Positions 50,139 through 61,687 of a DNA stretch of 64,000 nt are shown in pieces. Position numbers and translations under genes: made by a program. The notes below the pieces were generated by a model that was not told where the DNA came from, searched no databases, and was given only the letters and a program-made list of their open reading frames with translations. The DNA comes from a virus. The DNA lies in the IMG/VR virus record IMGVR_UViG_3300032240_001333, positions 17,265 through 81,264 of that record; one strand, written 5' to 3'. How positions within the stretch are numbered: the stretch's first letter is position 1; each line of letters begins with the position of its first letter.

Positions 50139-50498
50139 ATGTCAACAACAAATAAAAATTTTAAAGTTAAAAATGGTCTCAATGTAGGCGGAACTGCCAC
50201 ATTTGATACAGACATAGTATTAGGTTCAGCCCCTATTTCTTTTGATACACAAACAAACAGATTAAAAATTCAAATAAATGGAACATGGACTCCTGTAGCA
50301 TTTTTAGGAGATGTTCCAGATTTAACAAATATGCTTACATTTATGGATATTGGTTTATCTATTGATTATAATGGACAACCAGTATACATTGTTCAAGGCA
50401 ATGGAATTACAATTTCTGGAGATAGTAAGTTTGTAGATGGTAATACACCTACACCTTATATTCCAGATTATATATTTGATTCTGGAGCTTTAGTTTAA
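50139..50498 (+). CDS. Small fibre-related protein
   Basis: N-terminus NKNFKVKNGL is paralogous to 47857. Confidence 0.75.
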   Translation: MSTTNKNFKVKNGLNVGGTATFDTDIVLGSAPISFDTQTNRLKIQINGTWTPVAFLGDVPDLTNMLTFMDIGLSIDYNGQPVYIVQGNGITISGDSKFVDGNTPTPYIPDYIFDSGALV

Positions 50499-50538
50499 AT
50501 AAAATAATGCTATACTTAGCAAATAAGGGGTAATAAAT

Positions 50539-53082
50539 ATGTCAACAGTAAGAATTCAAGTACGTCGAGGAACCGCAGATCAATGGTCTGACGTAAATCC
50601 AATCTTAGCAGCGGGAGAAATGGGTCTTGAATCCGACACAAACTTTATTAAGTTTGGTAATGGCACAAGTCACTGGCTTGATCTTGCATATGCCAACGAG
50701 CCACTTTCAGATTTACAAAATACATTAGCAGATTATGTATTAGTTGCAGATGTAGGAAATGCAGGCGGACCTGCTAAATTAGATGCAGATGGAAATTTAT
50801 TAATTCCTAAATCAAGCATTATCCTAGAAGGATCATCAGCAGATGCTTATGAAACAACTTTAACAGTAACAAATCCTACAGCAGATAGAACGATTACAAT
50901 TCCAAATGCTTCAGGTACAGTAGCTTTAACATCAGATTTAAATGCATATGCAACAACACAAGCATTAAATTCCGTAGTTGCATCATTAAATATTCACCAA
51001 GCAGCAGATGTTGCTACAACAGAAGCACTTGCTGCTACATATGCAGCAGGAACATCAGATTTGCATGGCGGAACAGGTATTGGCGCAAAACTAACAATGA
51101 ACGCCAATGGCGTATTAGTAATTGATGGATATACAGTTAGATTATACGATAGAATATTAGTAAAAAACCAATCAGATTTAAAACAAAATGGTATATATGA
51201 AGTAACAAGACTTGGCACCTCATCAGTAGTAGCAATTCTTACAAGATCTATAGATTATAATAATTCATTAGATCAAATACCAGGAGATGTTGCTAAAGGT
51301 GACGTTATTTTTGTAAGCAATGGAACAACTAATGCATTAAAACAATTTTCACAAATAAGTGAAGGAACCAATACAGATCAAACTGTTAAAATTGGAATTG
51401 ATAATATTGAATTTACTCAAATTTCAGGAACTGCTACATTAAAAGAAGGAACTGGTATCACTATATCAGGAGATACAATTTCTGTAAATAGTACAGTATT
51501 TCTTTCAGTAGCAAATGCACAATCAACATATTTAACACCAGGAACTGCAGCTAGCACTTACTTAGCACAAACAGACGCAGCATCAACATATTTAACATCA
51601 ACAAATGCAGCTAATACTTATTTAACACAAACAAATGCTGGTACAACATATTTTGCAAAAAATACAACTGCAATTGCAAATTCAAATATAGCTTCAAATG
51701 CAGCAATTGATAAAAATAAAATTTCTGGAGTTGCTGTAACGCAAGCAGATTCTGGTACTGTAACAAATACAATGCTTGCTGGATCTATTGCTAATGATAA
51801 ACTTGCAGGATCAATTGCTAATAATAAATTAGCAAATTCAACAATTTCAGGTAAATCACTAGGTTCTAATTTAGATACATTAACAATTGGAACTGGTTTA
51901 AGTGGAACTTCCTATAATGGTGGATCAGCAACAACAATTGCAGTAGATTCAACAATTGCTACCAAGACATATGCAGACACAGCAGTATCTACACATTCAT
52001 CATCTACAACATCTGTTCATGGAATTTCAGATACTTCCGCATTAGCTACAAAAACATATGCTGATTCAGCAGTATCTACTCATTCGTCTGCCACAACAAA
52101 TATTCATGGTATAACAAATACAGCAGATTTATTATTAAAATCTGGTGGAACAATGACAGGTGCATTAACATTGTCAGGAGCACCAACATCCGATCTTCAT
52201 GCAGCAACAAAGCAATATGTTGACGGCATATCAGCAGGAATTAATTTCCATGCAGCAGTAAAAGCAGCAACTACAACTAATTTATCTGCTAATTATAGCA
52301 ATGGTACAAATGGTTATGGTGCAACCCTTACTGCTGATACTAACCGTGCATTTACAACACTTGATGGTGTTTCATCATGGTCAGTTGAAGAAAGAATTCT
52401 TGTTAAAGATCAAACAACTGCAACACAAAATGGTATTTATACATTAACCACAGTTGGATCAGTATCCACCCCATGGGTATTGACTCGTGCAGTAGATGCT
52501 GATAATAATCCAGCGGGAGAACTTGCAACTGGAGACTTTTGTTTCGTAACAAATGGATCAACAAATATTTCTAAAGGATTTATTTTAAGTACAACAGGAA
52601 CTATTACAATTGGAACTACAAATATTAACTATACACAGTTTAATGCTTCTGAAGCAATTACTGCTGGTACAAATATTAGTAAGTCTGGATCAACAATATC
52701 TGTTGTAAATACTCCAACATTATCAGGAGTAACATTTTCAGATGGTACACAAACTAAAGAAGGTGTTCCTTCAAGAACTCCAATTATTTCAAAAACTGAA
52801 AACTATACTCTTACAAATCTATCTGAAAGAGATTCATTAATTGAGGTAGATTCAACAAGCCCTGTAACAATTACAATTCCAACAAATTCAGCAGTTGCAT
52901 TCCCTGTGGGAACAACACTAGATATACTTGGAGTTAATACAGGATTAATTACAATTGCAGGAGATACTGGCGTAACTGTAAATGCTACCCCAGGATTAAA
53001 ATTACGTACTCAATGGTCATCATGTACATTATTTAAGCGTGGAGAAAATGCTTGGGTAGTATATGGTGATTTGAAGTCTTAA
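50539..53082 (+). CDS. Long tail fibre (Mtd-like N-terminus)
   Basis: IQVRRGT..QW...NPILAAGE, duplicated RILVKxQ...QNGIY modules, C-terminal LRTQWS...GDL domain. Confidence 0.85.
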   Translation: MSTVRIQVRRGTADQWSDVNPILAAGEMGLESDTNFIKFGNGTSHWLDLAYANEPLSDLQNTLADYVLVADVGNAGGPAKLDADGNLLIPKSSIILEGSSADAYETTLTVTNPTADRTITIPNASGTVALTSDLNAYATTQALNSVVASLNIHQAADVATTEALAATYAAGTSDLHGGTGIGAKLTMNANGVLVIDGYTVRLYDRILVKNQSDLKQNGIYEVTRLGTSSVVAILTRSIDYNNSLDQIPGDVAKGDVIFVSNGTTNALKQFSQISEGTNTDQTVKIGIDNIEFTQISGTATLKEGTGITISGDTISVNSTVFLSVANAQSTYLTPGTAASTYLAQTDAASTYLTSTNAANTYLTQTNAGTTYFAKNTTAIANSNIASNAAIDKNKISGVAVTQADSGTVTNTMLAGSIANDKLAGSIANNKLANSTISGKSLGSNLDTLTIGTGLSGTSYNGGSATTIAVDSTIATKTYADTAVSTHSSSTTSVHGISDTSALATKTYADSAVSTHSSATTNIHGITNTADLLLKSGGTMTGALTLSGAPTSDLHAATKQYVDGISAGINFHAAVKAATTTNLSANYSNGTNGYGATLTADTNRAFTTLDGVSSWSVEERILVKDQTTATQNGIYTLTTVGSVSTPWVLTRAVDADNNPAGELATGDFCFVTNGSTNISKGFILSTTGTITIGTTNINYTQFNASEAITAGTNISKSGSTISVVNTPTLSGVTFSDGTQTKEGVPSRTPIISKTENYTLTNLSERDSLIEVDSTSPVTITIPTNSAVAFPVGTTLDILGVNTGLITIAGDTGVTVNATPGLKLRTQWSSCTLFKRGENAWVVYGDLKS

Positions 53083-53094
53083 GGAGATAAATAA

Positions 53095-54393
53095 ATGAGT
53101 AAAAAAGTTGGTAGACATTCACAGTCAGCAAATGACTTTTTAGAACCTAAACCAGTAGTAAATTTAACGGCTACAGACGTTGGAACAAATAGAGCATTTA
53201 ATGACGGTGCAGTAAACCTTTCTTGGGAATTACCAGCAGGTTCACCAGCTGCAACCTCTTACTCAATTATAACAAATCCTAGTACATCAACATATACAAC
53301 ATCTGATACTTCATATCAAGTAACAGGTTTATCATCTAATACATCATATACATTTTTAGTTGCTGGTATAAATGGAGCAGGAACATCTGCTGCAACAGAA
53401 TCTAGCTCTACACTAGTCACTACAGTTCCAGCAGCACCAACTTCTGTAAGTGCATCTTCACCAAATGTTAATCAAGACGTAGTTTCTTGGTCGGCAGGAT
53501 CTTCTGGTGGTAAAAATATTACAAGCTATACTGTAGTTTCATCAGATGGTCCTACATATACAAATCAAACATCACCAGCAACAATTGCAGAAACTGGTGG
53601 AACATCACAGACATATAGTATTTATGCAATTAATGATAATGGAACATCAGCAGCTGCAACAACAGATTCAATAACAACAACAGCACCATTTTTTCCTCCA
53701 TACTTTCCATACTTCCCACCATACTTTCCTTATTTCCCACCATTCTTTCCATATTTCCCATTCTTTCCACCATACTTTCCACCATTTTTCCCATACTTTC
53801 CATTCTTTCCACCATTCTTTCCACCGTTCTTCCCACCATTCTTCCCACCATTCTTCCCACCAAGATTTGGTCCATATTTCGTAGGTAGATGTGTTGATGA
53901 AGACACTTTAATATTAACTAGTAAGGGGTTAGTTCCTGCTAAAAATATACAAATGGGAGACTCACTACTAACTGTTGATATCCAAGCACTAGAATCAGGT
54001 CAAGGTACATTTGATTTAAATACTACAGACTTGAATATCAATACAAATTTTGTAATGACAGAAATTACAAATATAATCGTTGCTCAAAAAGCAGATAGAG
54101 TATATTTTAATAATGACTACGCAAATAAATTTACTGAAACTCATCCAATATTTATAAAGAGAAATTCAGAATACCGTGTAGTAGAAGCAGCAAATGTTGT
54201 AGAAAAAGATATAATTATAATTATAAATCTAGATAAACTACACGAATCAGTTACAACAAAAGAAGCAGTTTCTGAAATAGAAGTAACATCTGTACATAAA
54301 GAAACTTTAGATACTCCAAAAGATGTCTATACCTTCAGTTGTGATCCATATAACTGGTACTTTGCTGGTAATATACTAACTCACAATAAGTAA
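53095..54393 (+). CDS. FN3 x2 + Pro/Phe/Tyr repeat + C-terminal Hint domain protein
   Basis: LSW..P, VTGL..NTSYTF; 59-aa P/F/Y tract; CVDEDTLI...TETHP...ILTHNK. Confidence 0.85.
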   Translation: MSKKVGRHSQSANDFLEPKPVVNLTATDVGTNRAFNDGAVNLSWELPAGSPAATSYSIITNPSTSTYTTSDTSYQVTGLSSNTSYTFLVAGINGAGTSAATESSSTLVTTVPAAPTSVSASSPNVNQDVVSWSAGSSGGKNITSYTVVSSDGPTYTNQTSPATIAETGGTSQTYSIYAINDNGTSAAATTDSITTTAPFFPPYFPYFPPYFPYFPPFFPYFPFFPPYFPPFFPYFPFFPPFFPPFFPPFFPPFFPPRFGPYFVGRCVDEDTLILTSKGLVPAKNIQMGDSLLTVDIQALESGQGTFDLNTTDLNINTNFVMTEITNIIVAQKADRVYFNNDYANKFTETHPIFIKRNSEYRVVEAANVVEKDIIIIINLDKLHESVTTKEAVSEIEVTSVHKETLDTPKDVYTFSCDPYNWYFAGNILTHNK

Positions 54394-54405
54394 TTAATTA
54401 GTCAT

Positions 54406-54431
54406 CAAAACCCCCTCAAAAGGGGGTTTTG
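54406..54431 (+). terminator. Intrinsic terminator
   Basis: AAAACCCCCT-CAAA-AGGGGGTTTT. Confidence 0.75.
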
Positions 54432-54490
54432 GTATTCTTGACAATAATAAATATATTTACTATAATGTATTTCTAAGAGAAAGATATATA

Positions 54491-55198
54491 ATGCAAGATC
54501 ATTATGATATAGATAATAATCCTTGGTTTACAAAAGATAGATCAGAGTCTGCCTCTGTTAGAGTAAATAGATCATTTAAAAATATTAATGTTTCTAATCC
54601 TGGTATTGGATTAAATATTTATGAATCTGCAATTCCTGCTAATATTAGACAAAATGCAATTAAAACATTAGAAGATAAATTAACTAATGGATCTAAATAC
54701 AAGTGGTCAGAAGCACAAGTTACAAATTCTAATAAAGCAATTAAAAGTGCTAGAGATTGTGTTGACTTTAAATTTAAACCAGAAAATTTAGGACCTAGAG
54801 ACGACAATAATTCAGATCTTCTTGATATGCATAAATCAATATATGATATTTTAAAATCATGTGTTGATGATTATTGTCAATATTGGGGAATTAATGTTGT
54901 CTATTATGAAGCATTTAATTTTGTAAAATATACTGGTCCTGGACAACACTTTAGAGTACATGCTGATCATGGTCCAGCATATAACTGTACTGTATCCGCA
55001 GTTATTTATTTAAATGATGATTATGAAGGCGGGGAAATTGCATTTCCTAGACTTGATAAGTTAGTTTATAAGCCAAAAGCTGGCGACATAGCAATTTTTC
55101 CATCAAATTACATATATGAACACTCCTCAGAACCAATGATTTTTGGAGATAAATATTCAGTTGTTGTAATGATGGATATTAATTTATTAGCACACTAA
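54491..55198 (+). CDS. 2OG-Fe(II) oxygenase
   Basis: HAD, YLNDDYEGGE, FPS.Y.YEH. Confidence 0.9.
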   Translation: MQDHYDIDNNPWFTKDRSESASVRVNRSFKNINVSNPGIGLNIYESAIPANIRQNAIKTLEDKLTNGSKYKWSEAQVTNSNKAIKSARDCVDFKFKPENLGPRDDNNSDLLDMHKSIYDILKSCVDDYCQYWGINVVYYEAFNFVKYTGPGQHFRVHADHGPAYNCTVSAVIYLNDDYEGGEIAFPRLDKLVYKPKAGDIAIFPSNYIYEHSSEPMIFGDKYSVVVMMDINLLAH

Positions 55199-55207
55199 GG
55201 AGAAAAA

Positions 55208-55867
55208 ATGGAAAATAAAATGACTTGGAGCTCGGTAGAAGATTTAGGACATGGTATATTTGTATATAGAGATGTTTTATTAAAAGAATTAAATGTTATT
55301 GAAAGATTAGAAAAAGAATTAGATGGCAAAAATTCTGGATATACATGGCAACCAGCTTATGTTGGGTATCAAGAAAGAATGCCAAACTACAGAGATTGTG
55401 TTGATTTTAAATTTAAAAAAAGTGATATAGAACACGATAAATCTGAAGTTTCATTAGCATTGCAACAAATTTGGCAAGATTGTTACGATAGACAGGCACC
55501 AGCAGTTGCAGATTATTGTAAAAAATTTAATATTCATCAATTAAGATATTGGGAAGCATTTAACTTTATTAAATATGAACCAGGACATCATTTTATGGAG
55601 CATCATGACCATGGATTTTCTTATAATTGTACGGTATCTCTTGTTGGATATTTAAATGATGATTATGAGGGTGGAGAGCTTTATTTTAGATTACAAGATT
55701 TAAATATAAAACCAAAAGCTGGAGATTTATATATATTTCCTTCAACATACATGTATCCGCATCAAGCAAAAGTGGTGCATTCTGGAACTAAGTATTCTTT
55801 AGTAACCATGTTAGATTATAGCGCTAAATTTCATACTCAACAAATGTATGAAGATAGCGGAAATTAA
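55208..55867 (+). CDS. 2OG-Fe(II) oxygenase (paralog of 54491)
   Basis: Shared RDCVDFKFK, EAFNF.KY, HHD. Confidence 0.9.
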   Translation: MENKMTWSSVEDLGHGIFVYRDVLLKELNVIERLEKELDGKNSGYTWQPAYVGYQERMPNYRDCVDFKFKKSDIEHDKSEVSLALQQIWQDCYDRQAPAVADYCKKFNIHQLRYWEAFNFIKYEPGHHFMEHHDHGFSYNCTVSLVGYLNDDYEGGELYFRLQDLNIKPKAGDLYIFPSTYMYPHQAKVVHSGTKYSLVTMLDYSAKFHTQQMYEDSGN

Positions 55868-56583
55868 TGCCAATATTAACGGCATATAAAACTAATCCAA
55901 ACTCTTTTATAATCGAACCACTTTCAGTTAAAAGAGATTGGATGGAAAATACTCCAGAAAAACATGCCTATCATTGTTTTCCTGTAACTATGGCAAATAC
56001 AATAGGTTGGACCTTATCCTCACCAGTAGATATATCTTTTACTTGGAATGGAATAACAGATACCACACCAGATACTGTAAAAATTTTATCTGGAGAACAG
56101 TATGCTTATACTGGAAGAGGTCAAGGAACAATTAGCTTTATGACTGGTTTAATTTTTAAATCAGAAAAAAATGTTAGTTTATTTACAATTACCTGCCCTA
56201 ATTATTTTAATCAAGATTTTGAGGTAATGTCTTCATTAATAAGTACTTCATTTTATCCTAATGAATTACCTTTAGCAATAAAAGCAAAAACACCAAATAA
56301 AGAAATAACTATAAAAGCTGGTGAACCAATTGCTACTATTATTCCAATTTCATTAACTTCTTTAAAAGATGAATCTATAGAAATAAAAGATTTTATTTTT
56401 ACTGAAGAATACACTAATGCTCAAAGAAAATATGGTGAAGCTGCACAGGTAATTAATAAATCTGGTAAATGGACAGACTGGTATAGAGATGCTATTAATG
56501 AAGAAGGATTATCTATAGGAGAGCATGAAGTTAAATCATTAAAGTTAAAAGTTATAGATAATTCAAGGAAAAATAATGGCTAA
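55867..56583 (+). CDS. DUF6065-like protein
   Basis: RDWM....HAYHCFP..MAN..GW, GEPIATIIP. Confidence 0.7.
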   Translation: MPILTAYKTNPNSFIIEPLSVKRDWMENTPEKHAYHCFPVTMANTIGWTLSSPVDISFTWNGITDTTPDTVKILSGEQYAYTGRGQGTISFMTGLIFKSEKNVSLFTITCPNYFNQDFEVMSSLISTSFYPNELPLAIKAKTPNKEITIKAGEPIATIIPISLTSLKDESIEIKDFIFTEEYTNAQRKYGEAAQVINKSGKWTDWYRDAINEEGLSIGEHEVKSLKLKVIDNSRKNNG

Positions 56584-57304
56584 TAAAATTAAATTTGTTT
56601 CAAATAGACCATGGTTGAAAAAAGATAGTGCTTCCGTCCCAACACCAACAATAAAAGAAATGCCAGAATGGTTTAGAAAAGCAGATAGATTTGCCATAAA
56701 TCCTATGACAAAAGATTATTGGATAGGTCCAGATGGAGGAAAAATTCCAACTTGGAAAGCTTGCCCAGCACTGTTTGATATATTAAGTACAGGATATGTT
56801 TTAAAAACACCATGTGATTTAAAATTTTATTTAAAAAATTCAAAAATAGCTGTTGAAATATCTGACCCTAAGTATAAAGATTTTTGTACAGAAAGACCAT
56901 TTATGCCACAATTTGTTCATCCACAAGGATACTATCAAGAACACTTTGCATGGTTTCCAGATTGGGCAGTGGAACTACCAGAAGGGTATAGTGCATTATA
57001 TACTCATCCATTAAATAGATTTGATTTACCATTTTTTATGACAACTGGAATTATTGATAACGATAAGGTTAAATTACCTGGGACTATGCCATTTTTTATA
57101 ATTAAAGGATTTGAAGGAACTATTCTTGCTGGAACCCCGTATGCCCAGATTATTCCATTTAAAAGAGAAGATTGGAAATCTGAAATTATTATTGAAGATA
57201 TTAAAAATATAAACAAAAAAAACCAAGATAATAGTAATACTTATAGAATTAAAGATGGTGGATTTTATAAAAATAATGTATGGTCTAAAAGAAATTATGA
57301 GTAG
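56576..57304 (+). CDS. Oxygenase-cluster-associated protein (DUF6065-related)
   Basis: PEWF, TWKACP..D....GY, P.GYSALY.HP.NR, GIID.D, GTPYAQIIPFKRE. Confidence 0.6.
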   Translation: MANKIKFVSNRPWLKKDSASVPTPTIKEMPEWFRKADRFAINPMTKDYWIGPDGGKIPTWKACPALFDILSTGYVLKTPCDLKFYLKNSKIAVEISDPKYKDFCTERPFMPQFVHPQGYYQEHFAWFPDWAVELPEGYSALYTHPLNRFDLPFFMTTGIIDNDKVKLPGTMPFFIIKGFEGTILAGTPYAQIIPFKREDWKSEIIIEDIKNINKKNQDNSNTYRIKDGGFYKNNVWSKRNYE

Positions 57305-57321
57305 GATGGTATAATCAATAT

Positions 57322-57993
57322 ATGGATAAAGAATTAGCTAATGGCTCACAAAATTGGGAAAATCGTGTTTCAATAACTCCACCAGGATTTTTTGGAACAT
57401 CTGCAAATAATATTCAAGTAAGAGAAAATTTTATGACAGAAGAAGAAAGAGAGTTTCTTTTATCTGCTGCTAAATCAATTGATTCGTGGGACAGAACTGA
57501 AACCCATTATAATGATAATGGTGTAATTATTTATGACGCTTCATATTGGGATAATAGAGTTGCATCAAGACCAATTTTAGATAAAATTGATCCTCAAATT
57601 TCAATTGTTATAGAAAATATGGTTAATAGATTTAAATTAGAAGTAGATGAATTTTTTCAAGTTGATGCCAAACCCACAAGTCCAGCTATAGTAAGATGGA
57701 TGGCAGGATATAGGCAAGAACCACATGCAGATAAACAATTACAAAATGGAGAACCAAATGATTTTCCATGGTATGATTTAGCTGGTCTTTTTTATTTAAA
57801 TGACGACTATGAAGGTGGAGAATTATATTTTATAAATCAAGGTGTTGAATTTAAACCAAAACCAGGAGCAGCTTATTTTTTTCCAGGAGATGTAGGATAT
57901 AGTCATGGAGTTAGAGAAATTACTAATGGAATTAGATATGTTATCCCATTCTTTTGGACTATTTTAAAACATACTGGGGAAAGACAACCATGA
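57322..57993 (+). CDS. 2OG-Fe(II) oxygenase
   Basis: HAD, YLNDDYEGGE, HGV, RY. Confidence 0.92.
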   Translation: MDKELANGSQNWENRVSITPPGFFGTSANNIQVRENFMTEEEREFLLSAAKSIDSWDRTETHYNDNGVIIYDASYWDNRVASRPILDKIDPQISIVIENMVNRFKLEVDEFFQVDAKPTSPAIVRWMAGYRQEPHADKQLQNGEPNDFPWYDLAGLFYLNDDYEGGELYFINQGVEFKPKPGAAYFFPGDVGYSHGVREITNGIRYVIPFFWTILKHTGERQP

Positions 57994-58802
57994 GTAAGAA
58001 TTTAAACTTTATTACTTTATATCCAAAAATACATATGTATAAGAATGTATTTAAAGATGTAGACTCTTTTTTAGAAAATGCAAAAAAATGTGAAATTTGG
58101 GAACAATGGTATACATTTGGAGATATGCTTGCTCTTCAAGAGGCACCAATTAAATTTAATAATTTTCCAACAAAAGAAGAATATGTTAATGCAAGATCAT
58201 GGCAGGCAGAAAATGAAAATGATAAATTAAGAAATGAACTTACTGAAGAAGTAGGAGAAATTTTTTATGATGTAACAAACCATTTCCTATCTACATACCC
58301 AGAAATTAAATTTTCTAATTGGGTAAAAAATCCAGCATCAATTAATAAATATACTAATAATGCAGGTATATCAGAAAATTATGCAATGAATTACCATACA
58401 GACTTTGTTGAAGCTGAAAAAGATTGGCCAGGGTCTAAATTTTCAATAACTACAACTTTTTATTTAAATGACACATATGATAATGGTGAAATATGTTTTA
58501 AAATTAATGATGAATATATTTCTTATAAACCACAAAAGGGTGATGTCATAGTATTTCCATCAAGCCCACCATACTACCATGCAGTAAGAAAAGCTAGTGG
58601 TTCTGATAGGTACATGATTAGATCTTTTTGGCAATTTGACTACGATGGTTCTTCAGAATGGATTGAGGGTCAAAATAAATATGGAAAAGATAAATGGGAT
58701 GAAATGGAAAAAGAAAGAATTAAAGGTATTAGATTTAATTATCAATTTGATGGAGAAAGTTTTCATGAATTTTTTGGTAAAGATAATGGAATTTATAGAT
58801 GA
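57990..58802 (+). CDS. 2OG-Fe(II) oxygenase
   Basis: HTD, YLNDTYDNGE, YYHAV, RY; ATGA overlap start. Confidence 0.88.
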   Translation: MSKNLNFITLYPKIHMYKNVFKDVDSFLENAKKCEIWEQWYTFGDMLALQEAPIKFNNFPTKEEYVNARSWQAENENDKLRNELTEEVGEIFYDVTNHFLSTYPEIKFSNWVKNPASINKYTNNAGISENYAMNYHTDFVEAEKDWPGSKFSITTTFYLNDTYDNGEICFKINDEYISYKPQKGDVIVFPSSPPYYHAVRKASGSDRYMIRSFWQFDYDGSSEWIEGQNKYGKDKWDEMEKERIKGIRFNYQFDGESFHEFFGKDNGIYR

Positions 58803-59641
58803 AGCAATGCGTATGCGGAAGATCTGCAACATATCCATATTGCGATGAAACACATAAAAAGAAAAGGAAACCAGAAATGAAAAATGGAATGATTGATATT
58901 ATAGATCCATCTAAATTTATTATTTTACAAGATGAAGAAATCCCAGAAAATAAAAGAGGAGTTCTTGGAGTATCAACAAATAAAATTGTAGAAATACCAA
59001 ATTTTGTAGATCCAGATGTTGTTCCTAAAATGATTAATTTTTTTGAAAATTGTGATGTTGAATGGGGAGATATTGCTTTTTATGGATCATCTGGAAAAGG
59101 AATTAAAACTGATTCTGCAACCATGGAAAAATTTGGATTGCCAGATGGATTTTTTGATAAATTAAAAGATAAATATCAAGAAGCTATAAAAACTGTTTTT
59201 GGTAGAGAAGTTAGAGCAAATACATCTCATGCACAAAAATGGGATGTTGGCGGATTTGCATCACCACACTCAGATAACTCAGATAATGATGGAAAACCAA
59301 ATGCTTTTGAAATAAATAAATATGTTGGAATTCTTTATCTAAATGATGATTACGAAGGTGGAAATTTATACTTTTGCGATAAAGATAATGAAATGAATCC
59401 ATATTTATCATTTAAGCCAAATGCGTATTCTTATTATGTATTTCCTGGAGGATATGAAAATATACATGGAGTAGCAGAAATTACAAAAGGAACTAGGTAT
59501 ACAATGGTTTCATTTTGGGATTTTGCAGATTTAGTATATGATGAAGAAACATTAGAGCGTTGGAAAGAAGAAGAGAAGCAGGTAAGAATTGAACAGGCTG
59601 CTCAAAAAGAAGAATGGCTAAAAGGAAATAAATATGCTTAA
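58799..59641 (+). CDS. CDGSH-type Fe-S motif fused to 2OG-Fe(II) oxygenase
   Basis: CVCGRSATYPYCDETH; HSD, YLNDDYEGG, HGV, RY. Confidence 0.85.
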   Translation: MKQCVCGRSATYPYCDETHKKKRKPEMKNGMIDIIDPSKFIILQDEEIPENKRGVLGVSTNKIVEIPNFVDPDVVPKMINFFENCDVEWGDIAFYGSSGKGIKTDSATMEKFGLPDGFFDKLKDKYQEAIKTVFGREVRANTSHAQKWDVGGFASPHSDNSDNDGKPNAFEINKYVGILYLNDDYEGGNLYFCDKDNEMNPYLSFKPNAYSYYVFPGGYENIHGVAEITKGTRYTMVSFWDFADLVYDEETLERWKEEEKQVRIEQAAQKEEWLKGNKYA

Positions 59642-60230
59642 TCTTCAACAATATGAAAAAATACATTATTATAAAAATGTTATTTCTGAACCAAATAAAT
59701 TAATTGAATTAATTGAATTATCTGATAATAATTTAACAGAAAATTCAAGTATTCCAAAATGGAAAGAATGGTCTGCAAGTGGAGATGTTGCATATTTATT
59801 TGGATATCAAAAAAGATTTAATGATAATGTAGATAAGGATCCAGACTCAGATATTCAAACAATAAATAACACTCTTAAAAGTGCCATTATAAATGCATCA
59901 GAAGATTATGCAAGAGTTCATAATATTAATATTGGTTCTTTAACACCTCTATCTATTAGTAAATATTCAACTGGTAAATCCATGGGGCCTCATGTAGATG
60001 ATTATGGTAACGGCGATGACCCAAATATATCAGTTGTTTTATATCTTAATGATAACTATGAGGGCGGAGAACTATTTTTTAAAGAGCAAGGCATAAAGAT
60101 AAAGCCAGAAGCAGGAAGTATTATTATATTCCCATCAGTAGATCCTTACTATCATGAGTCCCTGCCAGTTATTTCTGGCATCAAGTATATGTGTCCTGGA
60201 TTCTGGCGTAAAACTAACAAGGTGGTATAA
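59634..60230 (+). CDS. 2OG-Fe(II) oxygenase
   Basis: HVD, YLNDNYEGGE, YYHES. Confidence 0.9.
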   Translation: MLNLQQYEKIHYYKNVISEPNKLIELIELSDNNLTENSSIPKWKEWSASGDVAYLFGYQKRFNDNVDKDPDSDIQTINNTLKSAIINASEDYARVHNINIGSLTPLSISKYSTGKSMGPHVDDYGNGDDPNISVVLYLNDNYEGGELFFKEQGIKIKPEAGSIIIFPSVDPYYHESLPVISGIKYMCPGFWRKTNKVV

Positions 60231-60237
60231 TTAAAAA

Positions 60238-61227
<990 letters not shown>

Positions 61228-61228
61228 A

Positions 61229-61675
61229 ATGGCAAAAGATCTTGGCAGTAAAAAAGGTACAAGAAAAGTAACTGTACCAAATATCAGTACATTGTCTATT
61301 ACAGATGCAAGAACAGCATTAACAAATATAGAATTAAACTATTCTGATTCTAGTACAACTACTGCAACATCAGGAGATGATGCTAAAGTATTCAGTCAAT
61401 CACCAGCAGCTGGCACAATAGTATTATTAGGAAGTACTGTATCTATAGGTTATTATACATATGTTGCTCCACCATTTTTTCCATATTTTCCATATTTTCC
61501 AAATTTTGGACCATATTTTGCTCCACCATTTTTTCCATATTTTGCATGTAATCCATTACAAGGTACAGGATGTTTAAGAACAGCACCAGGTTCTGGTGGA
61601 AAAACATGCTATTATGATTCTGTATATAATTGTGCAGGAAATTGTGTTGGCGGATCATTATTATTTTGTTTATAA
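61229..61675 (+). CDS. PASTA-like domain + Pro/Phe/Tyr repeat + Cys-rich tip
   Basis: VTVPN...DAR..L...V.SQSPAAG..V..GS.V; PPFFPYFPYFPNFGPYFAPPFFPYF; six Cys. Confidence 0.78.
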   Translation: MAKDLGSKKGTRKVTVPNISTLSITDARTALTNIELNYSDSSTTTATSGDDAKVFSQSPAAGTIVLLGSTVSIGYYTYVAPPFFPYFPYFPNFGPYFAPPFFPYFACNPLQGTGCLRTAPGSGGKTCYYDSVYNCAGNCVGGSLLFCL

Positions 61676-61687
61676 AGAAAGGGTAAT

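Noticed and set aside
50539-53082. Diversity-generating retroelement suggested by the Mtd-like N-terminus
   Set aside because: No reverse transcriptase and no TR/VR pair visible in the window
53890-54390. Mobile homing intein
   Set aside because: No endonuclease motifs and no C-extein nucleophile
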